Below, piece after piece: positions 26,612 to 35,742 of a stretch of DNA of 43,894 nt. A model generated the notes under the pieces. That model was not told the DNA's origin. It did not search any database and saw only the letters and a program-made list of their open reading frames with translations. A program made the position numbers and the translations under genes. The first letter of the stretch is position 1, and each line of letters opens with the position of its first letter. Source of the DNA: a virus (taxonomy: Duplodnaviria; Caudoviricetes); IMG/VR virus record IMGVR_UViG_3300030330_000362, positions 1 through 43,894 of that record; one strand, given 5' to 3'.

Positions 26612-28195
26612 TTACTGTGGTGGTGGTGTTTCATCTGTAGGTGCAACTCCTTGGTTTAGAGCATCTATTAACTCTGGGTTTTTAGAGGGGTCTAGTAAAG
26701 GAGTTCCTGCAAGTTTACCAGCTTGGTCTGTAAGAGACTGCATCTGTTGTGCTTGCATAGCCTGTTCTTGTTCTTGTTGCCTTTCTTGCATACTCTTGAC
26801 TAGGTTTAGAATGTCTATACCTTGAGCAGCAGCAAGACGTTTGATAGCCTCGTCTGGGTTTAAGAACTGGGCCAAGGCTTCTGGCCCCATAGTCTGAGCT
26901 ATGGTTGATATAAACTGAACTAATGCGTCTCTATCTTGTCCACGACCTAACGCATTTACGCCAGCTACAATAGTAGGTCTAACTAAAGACTTTGGTATAG
27001 CGGGTATTTGATTAGATGTAGTAAGAACGTGCATCTTACGGTTCAGGTAGGGTATAAGGAACTCTGTAGTTAACAAGCTGAAGAGTCCACCCAGCTGCCT
27101 CTCTAGTTCCATCTGGGTCATCCTGACCTCTTCGGCTGTAGTTCTCTCTGATTGCCTCACACTTAATATTAAGAACGCCTCCGACAATCTTTTTTCTAAA
27201 ACATTAACAAGTTGAAAAGCTGTTTGAAAATCAGCAGTCTTACCAACCTGTACAACTCCAACATCATCTGGTCGTCCTTGTATAATAGCACCATTACCAG
27301 CGTTGGCTAGTGATGCGGGTTTAGTTACTGAGGAAGGTGATACAGTAAATATTACTTTAGCTGCAGCTGCACTGCCCTCAACAAGAGCTTGCATTAATGC
27401 TTCCAAAGATTTTAAATCCCCGAGGAACTCTTCGACTCTAGAACGTCCGTAATCTTCTCCATCTACCGTTACAAAACGTAATGGTAGCCAAGGAGTTTTA
27501 TCTAAAGGTGCTTTACCATGACTGTCTGGTAGTATCTTATCGTGAACCTCTTGGAACCACATCCAACCTGAGTCAGTTCTTTTTACACAAGTATAAACGT
27601 CACAGTCTTTACCTCCATATTCTGATTTTTCATCATCATTAGGGCCATCATACTCCTCTTCCATGCCTAGTAATTTTTTACTGACACGCTCTTTAGTTAT
27701 GATTTCCATTACTTCACCATTACCGTCACGCTCTACAACATATCTGTTTAGAGGATATACTTTCATACCATCCTTTGCCATATATACAAGAGCGTTACCT
27801 GTAACTACCAAGTGTTTTAACGCAGAAAAAATTTGAACTCGATCAGTAGATCCAGCTATGCTGTCCATAATCATACGTTCAACTTTAGCAAATCCTAAAT
27901 CTAATTCACTCTTAGCCTCTGCGGGTACATCTTCTCCTAATTTAGAATCGTCAACCTGTAACTTAAAAAAAGAGGTGGAAGGTGGCAACAAACCTAACAT
28001 CAACTTGGATGCTAATGTTGTTACTCCCTTCGCACCAACTGATTGATACGGTGTGACAAAATCATTATATACTGCGTTGTTTTCATTTCTCATTAACAAC
28101 GTAGGTAAAGTTATTTCAGAACACTGATACGCTATGTTTAAAAACTGTTCACGGTGGGACGATAGTTCATGGTACCGCTTCCGTGCGAAGGCCAT
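26612..28195 (-). CDS. Portal / head-tail connector (gp8)
   Basis: QSVGAKGVTTLASKLMLGLLPP; GEDYGRSRVEE; ERTTAEEVR. Confidence 0.97.
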   Translation of the reverse strand: MAFARKRYHELSSHREQFLNIAYQCSEITLPTLLMRNENNAVYNDFVTPYQSVGAKGVTTLASKLMLGLLPPSTSFFKLQVDDSKLGEDVPAEAKSELDLGFAKVERMIMDSIAGSTDRVQIFSALKHLVVTGNALVYMAKDGMKVYPLNRYVVERDGNGEVMEIITKERVSKKLLGMEEEYDGPNDDEKSEYGGKDCDVYTCVKRTDSGWMWFQEVHDKILPDSHGKAPLDKTPWLPLRFVTVDGEDYGRSRVEEFLGDLKSLEALMQALVEGSAAAAKVIFTVSPSSVTKPASLANAGNGAIIQGRPDDVGVVQVGKTADFQTAFQLVNVLEKRLSEAFLILSVRQSERTTAEEVRMTQMELERQLGGLFSLLTTEFLIPYLNRKMHVLTTSNQIPAIPKSLVRPTIVAGVNALGRGQDRDALVQFISTIAQTMGPEALAQFLNPDEAIKRLAAAQGIDILNLVKSMQERQQEQEQAMQAQQMQSLTDQAGKLAGTPLLDPSKNPELIDALNQGVAPTDETPPPQ

Positions 28196-28533
28196 TAGTA
28201 GGTGCCTCCTCCGCCACCGCTACCGCCTCCGCCAGTGTTGACTCCTTGAGAAGTGTTAATACCTTTCAATCCGCCTGACGCTGGTTTCTTGGTTTGTAGC
28301 TGTGTAGTGCCTCTAGCTCGAGATCTTTTTTGAACTCTCTTTGCTTTAACCTTTGCCTTTCTCTTTGTCTCATCCTGTTCTACAGGAGCTGGAGTAGGAG
28401 CTACAGGAGCCTCAACTGGGGCTGTCTGTACAGGCATTGGGGGTGGTGGGGTAGTTGGTGGGGCTGGTGTTGGTGGGGCAGCTGGGGTTGATCGTCCGCC
28501 TCCGAATAGATTAGCGATTGGGCCGACACACAT
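28195..28533 (-). CDS. Pro-rich virion protein (gp6.7/7.3-like)
   Basis: MC start, PAAPPTPAPP repeats, position before the portal. Confidence 0.7.
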   Translation of the reverse strand: MCVGPIANLFGGGRSTPAAPPTPAPPTTPPPPMPVQTAPVEAPVAPTPAPVEQDETKRKAKVKAKRVQKRSRARGTTQLQTKKPASGGLKGINTSQGVNTGGGGSGGGGGTY

Positions 28534-28535
28534 AA

Positions 28536-28718
28536 TTATTCTCCTTTGAGTTTATGTTTAAGTAATCTTATTATTGACAGCTGACCAGCCCTATAAGATA
28601 TTGCTTTCTCCGATAGGTTGTGGTCAGGAAACTTGTCAGGAAACTGCTGGTCAAGTTCGTCAAGTATCTTTTCGATACGTCCCCAATCAAGAGTATTGGG
28701 GTAAATTGGTGTTTGCAT
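28536..28718 (-). CDS. Conserved small protein (gp6.5-like position)
   Basis: LDELDQQFPD...ISYRAGQLSIIRLL. Confidence 0.7.
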   Translation of the reverse strand: MQTPIYPNTLDWGRIEKILDELDQQFPDKFPDHNLSEKAISYRAGQLSIIRLLKHKLKGE

Positions 28719-29415
28719 GTTCAAAAAACGCAGGCATACGGGCACGTTTGGTGTCAGCTAGCTGTGGAGCTTTACCTTCATACATCAAACGGTCACTGGT
28801 TTCTAACCAGAAATTTTTATTTAAGTACTTATCTTCGTGGTTTGCTTTTAAGGGTTGTAGTATCCAATTTATTGTAGCCTTTCTAAGTTTGTCTAAAGAA
28901 GGGCTTGGACGTAAACCCATGCTAGCACATACGAGAGAGTTAGTAGCAACATGGATTTGTTCGTCACGGCTAATATCTGCACTGACTGTACGTAGACCAG
29001 CATCACCATTGAATCTAAAGAAAGGTAACAGCACAAAAAATATTGCACGTTCAGCTACCAAGGCTTTAGTTAGTGTGTGGTCGGGGTGTTCTTCCCATGC
29101 GGTGCGGAGGCGTAATGCCTCTGCTTCCGCTTTCTCATCTACACCCATTGCGTTTACTATATAACCTAACGCTAGGTCATGGTTTATTTCGTCGTTTACA
29201 TTCGACTGTAAAAGTACTCTCGCATCTTTGGGAACCTCCTTAGTAAGAGCTTCCTCGATAAAGGCACCCACAGGAAGCTCCATATGGCGTACTGCAAGAG
29301 CACGGAAGATGGTTTCTTCTGAGCCATCACGTAGTTTCCCAGCCGTCGTTTGTACGGGAGTCCACTTTCTTTTGCGGAGTAATAGTTTATCATAAGGTGT
29401 TTTCATTCTTGGCAA
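28687..29415 (-). CDS. nrdB: Ribonucleotide reductase beta subunit (ferritin-like, cyanopodovirus type)
   Basis: ELPV...DEINHD...AERAIFF...DISRDEQIH di-metal motifs; directly after the alpha subunit. Confidence 0.75.
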   Translation of the reverse strand: MPRMKTPYDKLLLRKRKWTPVQTTAGKLRDGSEETIFRALAVRHMELPVGAFIEEALTKEVPKDARVLLQSNVNDEINHDLALGYIVNAMGVDEKAEAEALRLRTAWEEHPDHTLTKALVAERAIFFVLLPFFRFNGDAGLRTVSADISRDEQIHVATNSLVCASMGLRPSPSLDKLRKATINWILQPLKANHEDKYLNKNFWLETSDRLMYEGKAPQLADTKRARMPAFFEHANTNLPQYS

Positions 29416-30776
29416 TCACATGTGGGTTCATTGTTTAAGATCCCATCCAAGTAACTGTCGACTTCAGATTCATCTAAGGCTGCATATGCACTCGACTTGT
29501 CCTGAACATCGCCCATTACCTGTAAGGAATAATAGAGTGATGTCTGGGGGCTTCCAAGCCACTCTTCAACGAACGCATTGTCGTAGGTTACAACGTCACT
29601 CCATGAGTTAAAGCTGTATCCGTGAAGAAGTCCCGTCTTTCCTAGAAGTGTCATTATACCGTCTGCAACTTTCTTGTATGCAGTCCAGCCAACTTCTGAG
29701 GCGATCTCTACATCGCCATAATCATAAGATGTAACTCCGAAGGTACCGCTATCACGGTCAACGCTTCGAGCTATTGGTGGTGCTATCTCGGGACATGATG
29801 TGTATCCGTCCAAGTCTTTTGTGTTATAACTGCAGCTAGCCGTAGGAGCTATTGCGAAGGCACGTACCATATGGTGAAGACGTGCTATCTCAGCAGCTCT
29901 ATATACTCCTGTTTGTATCTCTTCTGCTATCTTTCCTGCATTTCCATGAGCACTATTACCGTGTATAACTAAATCTAATGCTTCTCCAAACTCTTCGTAG
30001 GTAACTTTGTAACGTCTGAGGAGGTTGGCAAGACCGAGCATACCGAGCCCCACTTGTCTGTCATTTTCTGGGGCAAGGTATTCTCCAGATTCTCCAATAC
30101 CTGTCCTGCTATGGAGATTACACAGGTCGGACATACCTTCACTGAAACCCTGCGATATGTTGCTGATAGTACAGGCACCGAGACTGACATGCTGTAACAA
30201 GCAAGTTCCGCGTGAGGGCAAGTAAACCTCAAGACAGACGTTGGAGTAGATTCTGTTTCCATAGCGATCATGTTTAATTTTATTTAACCAAATGTCACCC
30301 GCTTTTATACCTTCGAGTAATTCTTTTTTGTAAGGAGTCTTGTCCCACATATCAGGTGTAAGATCAACACACCTTTTAATCCAAGGTAGTTGGTGTCTGG
30401 GTGTTTTTATAAACTCGAGCACATCATCGTGATCTAAGTCAAGATGACAAACACAAGCTCCGTTTTTATATACTCCGCCTCTACGTATAGTCTCGTTGAG
30501 TGCAGAATATACTCTAGCAAATGACACTGGGCCACTAGCTACTAGACCCTTTCCATTTTCATGTCCGTTAGGTCTTATGTTTGAGAGGTGTACTGCTACA
30601 CCAGCTCCATATCTTAAAGCATGGGAGACGAATCTCCAAGATGCTTCTATACCGTTAGGGCCTTCCATACTATCTTCGACAACAAAGACAGTGCAGGATA
30701 CAGGTAAACGGCCGTCAGGATTCTTAATCCAGTTTTCTACTCTGCCAGTTCTGGCTATCAAAGGTGAGTCGGTCAT
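29403..30776 (-). CDS. nrdA: Ribonucleotide reductase alpha subunit (compact cyanopodovirus type)
   Basis: PVSCTV; NVCLE; CLL; AIAPTASCS; TSLYY; C-terminal CDC. Confidence 0.92.
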   Translation of the reverse strand: MTDSPLIARTGRVENWIKNPDGRLPVSCTVFVVEDSMEGPNGIEASWRFVSHALRYGAGVAVHLSNIRPNGHENGKGLVASGPVSFARVYSALNETIRRGGVYKNGACVCHLDLDHDDVLEFIKTPRHQLPWIKRCVDLTPDMWDKTPYKKELLEGIKAGDIWLNKIKHDRYGNRIYSNVCLEVYLPSRGTCLLQHVSLGACTISNISQGFSEGMSDLCNLHSRTGIGESGEYLAPENDRQVGLGMLGLANLLRRYKVTYEEFGEALDLVIHGNSAHGNAGKIAEEIQTGVYRAAEIARLHHMVRAFAIAPTASCSYNTKDLDGYTSCPEIAPPIARSVDRDSGTFGVTSYDYGDVEIASEVGWTAYKKVADGIMTLLGKTGLLHGYSFNSWSDVVTYDNAFVEEWLGSPQTSLYYSLQVMGDVQDKSSAYAALDESEVDSYLDGILNNEPTCDCQE

Positions 30777-31492
30777 TTAGGTGTCCAAAGAATAGGTTGT
30801 TGAAGATCATGGTCGTAGTCTTCTGTACGTAAAATTCTAGCCAAACGTGCATTGAGCAAAGCGTCATCGTCTGATAACCCTCTATCTCTATATGCTTGAC
30901 ACACTGCATCCCATTTAGATTCGGACTTGTTTAACAGAGCTGTAGCTCGCTTGACTCCTATTCCTGGGCAACCAGAGTACCCATCTGTGGGGTCGCCAGC
31001 AAGGCTTTGAATAAGGTGCCAATCATCGGCTTGCTCTAGTGTAATCTCCTCCACTTCGTCAGCCATGTTCCATAGAACACAGGGGATTTGCTTCATGTCT
31101 TTGTCTGGACTAACGATAATGTTACTAGGGTCAGGATATTTAGTTGCCTCAATACCTATGGCATCGTCAGCTTCAAGATCCTCCATCATAACAAATCTAT
31201 AGTTTTCACTACAATAGTTTACTAGACGTTTGTAACCTAATGGTTTACGTTTCTGTCTATGACCTTTGTAGTCAGGAAAAATTTTCTTCCTAAAATTCTT
31301 GTGGTCTGAGAAATATAAGATGATGTCGTCATCCATCATTGCTGAAGTAACTTTATCCAGCTCTGTTTGAAAAACTTGTAGTACGTCACTGAACTGTGAC
31401 TGAGCTACTATAACATCCTCTCCAAAATCTATACCAGTTTCGCATACTTGCGAGGCTTTGTAAGCCAAGAAGTCGCAGTCAATTAGTAGCAT
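30773..31492 (-). CDS. 5'-3' exonuclease (gp6)
   Basis: LLIDCD; NFRK...YKGHR; LEADD; SPDKDMKQIP; GDPTDGYSGCPGIG. Confidence 0.95.
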   Translation of the reverse strand: MLLIDCDFLAYKASQVCETGIDFGEDVIVAQSQFSDVLQVFQTELDKVTSAMMDDDIILYFSDHKNFRKKIFPDYKGHRQKRKPLGYKRLVNYCSENYRFVMMEDLEADDAIGIEATKYPDPSNIIVSPDKDMKQIPCVLWNMADEVEEITLEQADDWHLIQSLAGDPTDGYSGCPGIGVKRATALLNKSESKWDAVCQAYRDRGLSDDDALLNARLARILRTEDYDHDLQQPILWTPK

Positions 31493-32763
31493 TAGTGTAC
31501 CTCGGCCCAGTTGTTACCAATGTTTGCATCGGCTTCAATGGGAATACGTAAATTGTAAAACTCTCCAGCTAGTATTGCAGATAGTTTACATACCTCAGCA
31601 ATATACTTTGCTTGTTCTGTAGGAGCTCCTAAGACTTGTTCATCATGCACGAAGGCATAACGCTCATGTTCAAAATTACTCATACGTAGGTTGTGATCTG
31701 TTATCAAAAGCCAACGTTTTGCTAAGACTGCAGCGGATCCCTGTAACAGAAAGTTAAGGGCTTTGTGTTCTTTGTCCACTCTAATGTTGCGTCTGTCAAT
31801 GGCACGTATTGTACCCTTCTCAGCAACCTTCCGAGTAGCGTTGACAAGGCTTTCCAGCCCAGGAATTGCCTCCATGTATGCCTTTCTGATCTCTGCTCCT
31901 TTCTTTGCAGCAGCATCTGGGGACAGCATGTTGTCGTATGACAAGCCTAGTTTTTGGTTGCCCCCTCCGTAGAGAAAACAATATGTAATAGTCTTGACCT
32001 GACGACGGCTAATACCTATCTTGTCAGCGTTTACCTGATGGATGTCATCCTCAAGTAATATTTTAGCATACCTTCCACCGTCGTAACGGGCAAGGTAGTG
32101 TGCAAACAGCCTAAGTTCAATTCCTGCAAGGTCACTGTCAACCAGTTTCCATGTAGGTTTTGTAATAAATAGCTCACGGCAGTCCTTGTCTGAACTAACT
32201 TGTGCCAGATTTGGATGTGAGTGTGCCATACGGTGCGTGGCAGCCCCTATAAAACAGGAGTGGTGAAGTCTGCCATCCTTGACCAACTTCAACCATGCGT
32301 TAGTTCCTTGTGATAACATTCCAAGTTTCTTTTGTGTTTCAAGAATCTCGAGAAATACCAACGCTTCTTTTGTACCAATTTCTTTGAGAACAGTCTCATC
32401 AATAACTGCTTTACCAGTCGGTGTGAATTTGTTTGGTTTCCAATTCTGATTAGTCTTGAACCACCAAGCAATATGCTCTCTGCTACTAGGATTGAACTCC
32501 TTTAACCGTTGCATTTCTGCACCAGCTATGTAGCCTTGTTTCTTGTTATCACGCCTTGGCGTAAACAAATTTCCTGGGACACACCAGCACATACTTTCAG
32601 CACTGTGCCTGAGTTCTTCCAGTCTTTTTAGTAAAGTGTTTTCTAGTTGTTGTGCTTTGGATATGTCAAAAGGCCAGCCTGTAGTCTTTTGATTAGCCAT
32701 AAGCTCTGCTATGTCATGTTCTAGTCTGACGCTAGCAACAACTTTTTGCGGAAATGCGTCCAT
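31492..32763 (-). CDS. DNA polymerase A, polymerase domain (C-terminal half of gp5)
   Basis: DSDLAGIELR (motif A), RRQVKTITYCFLYG (motif B), FVHDE (motif C). Confidence 0.95.
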   Translation of the reverse strand: MDAFPQKVVASVRLEHDIAELMANQKTTGWPFDISKAQQLENTLLKRLEELRHSAESMCWCVPGNLFTPRRDNKKQGYIAGAEMQRLKEFNPSSREHIAWWFKTNQNWKPNKFTPTGKAVIDETVLKEIGTKEALVFLEILETQKKLGMLSQGTNAWLKLVKDGRLHHSCFIGAATHRMAHSHPNLAQVSSDKDCRELFITKPTWKLVDSDLAGIELRLFAHYLARYDGGRYAKILLEDDIHQVNADKIGISRRQVKTITYCFLYGGGNQKLGLSYDNMLSPDAAAKKGAEIRKAYMEAIPGLESLVNATRKVAEKGTIRAIDRRNIRVDKEHKALNFLLQGSAAVLAKRWLLITDHNLRMSNFEHERYAFVHDEQVLGAPTEQAKYIAEVCKLSAILAGEFYNLRIPIEADANIGNNWAEVH

Positions 32764-33284
32764 AATTTTGCGACAATAGCAACGTCTTGTTTACAGTAGT
32801 CCTCCATTTCAGGAGTCCATTCTTTCCAATCAGAGGTCTTCCCATAGTCTCCTTTATGTAAGTTTAAACGAAAACCATAAGCCTCGAGACTGTGTGATCC
32901 ATACAACTTAGCTGGCATCATAGGCCACCTACGTCTGAGATCAATGTCCATTAGGTCAGAGTAAAAGTAACGACTGAGAATCAATGTGTCCCAGTGTGTA
33001 GGATTACAATTAAAAAATGGAAAATGTTTTTGTATCTGTGGTACATCAAACATCACACCGTTATGAGATACAATGTTTGTGCAAATATCAAGAGTACAAA
33101 CGCCATTTACAACTGAGTTGGTAAGTGTTTGGTCATTGAATGATTCAACTATACCGTTGTTTAGGTCTTGTAAAACCATGCAATGTATCTCAGTTGAGTC
33201 GATACCGTTTGTTTCTATGTCAAATGCTACGTCCAAGTCACCCGAAGTCTGTCGTCGGGTCAAAGTGTTGTTCGGTAATTGCAT
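32721..33284 (-). CDS. DNA polymerase A, 3'-5' exonuclease domain (N-terminal half of gp5)
   Basis: FDIETNG (ExoI), HNGVMFD (ExoII), YCKQDV (ExoIII); ends at TAG 32721. Start ATG 33284 or TTG 33236. Confidence 0.92.
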   Translation of the reverse strand: MQLPNNTLTRRQTSGDLDVAFDIETNGIDSTEIHCMVLQDLNNGIVESFNDQTLTNSVVNGVCTLDICTNIVSHNGVMFDVPQIQKHFPFFNCNPTHWDTLILSRYFYSDLMDIDLRRRWPMMPAKLYGSHSLEAYGFRLNLHKGDYGKTSDWKEWTPEMEDYCKQDVAIVAKLWTHFRKKLLLASD

Positions 33285-34842
33285 GTTCGGTGAAACTACA
33301 GGTGTCTAAATTGTAAACTAGCTCAGTGGCGATGCCAACTTCACCAGAATAGCGGTTCTTGAGGACTCTAACAATCGTATGATCTCGTTTGCTTGAGTTC
33401 TGCTGATCCCTTTCGAGCCCGATAACTCCGTCACTAAGCTGACCAATCGCTGCAGATCCTCTAAGTTGTCCAAGTGTAACACGTGCACCTTCCTCATGGT
33501 TCTTGTCTGTCTGAGTACGTCTGAGGTGCGATACAAGGAATAGAGCGATGCCTGTACGCTCAACTAATGAACGTAGCTTAGTCATGGTAACGTCAATCAT
33601 ACGTCGTTCATCGCCATCAAGTCCACTCAATAATATACTGAGGTGGTCTAGGAATACAACACGACACTCCAATCCACAGGCAAGGTACTCGATGCGAGAG
33701 TAAATTGTGTCAGGATCGTAACTCCCAAAACCATCAAACAAGTATAGATTCCAATTTGATAGAGTACGACTAAAAGCGTTTTCAAGTTCTGATTTGTCAT
33801 GTTCACCTAGATGGAATGATTTACCTAGTGCGGCTGACATCAATCCAAGGGCAGATCTCCTGTTCGATTCTTCCAACGCCAAGTAACCGACCCGTTCGCC
33901 TTTAGATAAAAGGTCACTTGCAATGGCTCTGCAGAAGGATGATTTTCCCGTTCCAGATCCCGCAGTAATCGTCGTAAGCTCTCCATAGCGGATGCCGTGT
34001 AGTTTTTCTTGGAGTCCTTTGAAGGGATAGTCATGGTCAGCTGGTGGTGTAGGTGTGGTTACTAATTCAAGAAGCGATTTTGCGTCAACAATGCCGTCAG
34101 GACGGTAAGTTTTTGCGTCCCAGATAGCTCGACGTACCGCTTCCGAGTCCCCCTGTTGTAAGGCATCAGAGGCATCTTTGTACTTTTCCATGCGAGCAAT
34201 TTTTGCTTTGCCCGCTGGTAAAAGTTCAGCACATTCTTGTGCTGCTTCAATACCATCTTTATCATTGTCGAAAAATAGTACGACTTCTTCATAGCCTTGT
34301 AATAGTGGTAAAACTTTTTGCAGGGATTTTTTGGCACCCTTAGCACCTGTGGGTATAGATACGTGGGGCCATTTAGGCAATGCTTCCCAACCAGAGGCGG
34401 CATCAAGCTCACCTTCGTATATGGTTAGGCGTGTGCCTGTGTCTGGGAATAAATTTTGCCCAAAAAGTTGAGAGTCTACGTTGTTACCCTCTAGCCAGAA
34501 ATCTTTTTCTTTTGTTCTGACTTTTGCTGCACATACTTGACCGTTTTTGTCAAAATAGTGCATACGTAGCGTATCACCGTCTTTGTGAATACGATATTTA
34601 CGACAGGTTTCTTCTGTTAAACCTCTTTTGCGTAATTTTATTGGGTCGCCCTTCAGCATGGCTGTAGACCATTTTGGTTTGACGATGGTGGAAGATAACT
34701 CCCCACTATTAAAGTGGTTACATACAAAACAATAAGTATGTCCATCAGAATATACGGAACTGCCATCTGACGAGCCACACTGAGAACAAGGGGCGTGATG
34801 TAAGAAGGTTGATTCATTTAAGCCAGTTGACTGGGATTGCAT
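33238..34842 (-). CDS. Primase/helicase (gp4)
   Basis: CSQCGSSDG...YCFVC zinc domain; EGELD/FDND TOPRIM; AGSGTGKS; LDHLSI; LRGS; KNRYSG. Confidence 0.96.
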   Translation of the reverse strand: MQSQSTGLNESTFLHHAPCSQCGSSDGSSVYSDGHTYCFVCNHFNSGELSSTIVKPKWSTAMLKGDPIKLRKRGLTEETCRKYRIHKDGDTLRMHYFDKNGQVCAAKVRTKEKDFWLEGNNVDSQLFGQNLFPDTGTRLTIYEGELDAASGWEALPKWPHVSIPTGAKGAKKSLQKVLPLLQGYEEVVLFFDNDKDGIEAAQECAELLPAGKAKIARMEKYKDASDALQQGDSEAVRRAIWDAKTYRPDGIVDAKSLLELVTTPTPPADHDYPFKGLQEKLHGIRYGELTTITAGSGTGKSSFCRAIASDLLSKGERVGYLALEESNRRSALGLMSAALGKSFHLGEHDKSELENAFSRTLSNWNLYLFDGFGSYDPDTIYSRIEYLACGLECRVVFLDHLSILLSGLDGDERRMIDVTMTKLRSLVERTGIALFLVSHLRRTQTDKNHEEGARVTLGQLRGSAAIGQLSDGVIGLERDQQNSSKRDHTIVRVLKNRYSGEVGIATELVYNLDTCSFTEHAITEQHFDPTTDFG

Positions 34843-35158
34843 AATAGGCACACCAAGGGAAGCCATGTTTCTCGGCCCACACAGCGTACGTGGTTTTAGA
34901 TTTTTTTGAAATCTTGTTGTGTGGTGCTTGAAATACAAAGCGGATGTCTAAGTCAGGATTGTCACGTTTTACAGCCAGCATCTTCCTGCGGTCAGCTGGT
35001 TTGAAGTAGCCCTTACATTCAAGATATATGTTGTTTACCTTGAAGTCGGGAGTATATTTGTGGTCAATAGTATATTTGAATGACTCACCCTCATACTCCC
35101 AGTCTAGCTTCATTTGAGAAAGCAGATCTGCTACATCTGTTTCAAGGTTACTTCTCAT
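34814..35158 (-). CDS. Endonuclease I (gp3)
   Basis: RSNLE...YTPDF...LECKG...DIRFVFQ...TTYAVWAEKHGF. Confidence 0.95.
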   Translation of the reverse strand: MRSNLETDVADLLSQMKLDWEYEGESFKYTIDHKYTPDFKVNNIYLECKGYFKPADRRKMLAVKRDNPDLDIRFVFQAPHNKISKKSKTTYAVWAEKHGFPWCAYYAIPVNWLK

Positions 35159-35742
35159 TAGAAGTCATCGTCAGGTTCAACGGAGCTGGGTGCTGCATCT
35201 ACTTTAGGTTGTTCAGTCTTGAAACCTTTTGTAGCACCAAACAATGCTTGAGCATCTTCGGCTGACATGTCGCCACTGTCAACGACACCAGCTCCGCTGT
35301 TAAGACTAACAACTTGAACTGCCTTTAGTTTTAATGATGTGCCAATGTCACCGCTTGGTAGAACGTATGGCTTTTGGAAGAAGGCTAGTTTAACCTGACT
35401 ACCGCTGTAGATAGGTGTCTCTTTGTCCTCTATGATTGTCCCCTCTGTGTCAACTACAACTGGGAATATTTTGTCTCCATCTTTCCAGCTGAATCTGATA
35501 TGGTATGAGCCAGCTTTGTTCTCTAGCTCTTCCCAAGGTTCAGGCTTTACTGTTACCCTTTTAGGGTTCTTAGCTCTGCCTCTTGCCCACTCCAATGCAG
35601 ACTCTCTCTCCTCTTCTAGTGTTTGAAGAAGCTCTTTGTCTGTAATCAGAGCAGATAGTTTGTATCCCCACTCTCCAGCTTTTAGTATAGCTTGAAATCC
35701 GTCGAGTACAACTGGTTTTGGTGTTACGTGTGTTGTTGGCAT
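35158..35742 (-). CDS. Single-stranded DNA-binding protein (gp2.5)
   Basis: IYSGSQVKL...GTSLKLKAVQV; acidic tail ending in F (EPDDDF). Confidence 0.9.
   Translation of the reverse strand: MPTTHVTPKPVVLDGFQAILKAGEWGYKLSALITDKELLQTLEEERESALEWARGRAKNPKRVTVKPEPWEELENKAGSYHIRFSWKDGDKIFPVVVDTEGTIIEDKETPIYSGSQVKLAFFQKPYVLPSGDIGTSLKLKAVQVVSLNSGAGVVDSGDMSAEDAQALFGATKGFKTEQPKVDAAPSSVEPDDDF

Noticed and set aside
28574-29164. 196-aa plus-strand ORF
   Set aside because: Antisense to the RNR beta gene, no motifs, and opposite to the genome-wide orientation.
30724-30909. Out-of-frame ORF at the exonuclease 3' end, checked as a possible nblA
   Set aside because: No NblA-like LxxEQxF motif, and exonuclease is directly ATGA-coupled to RNR.
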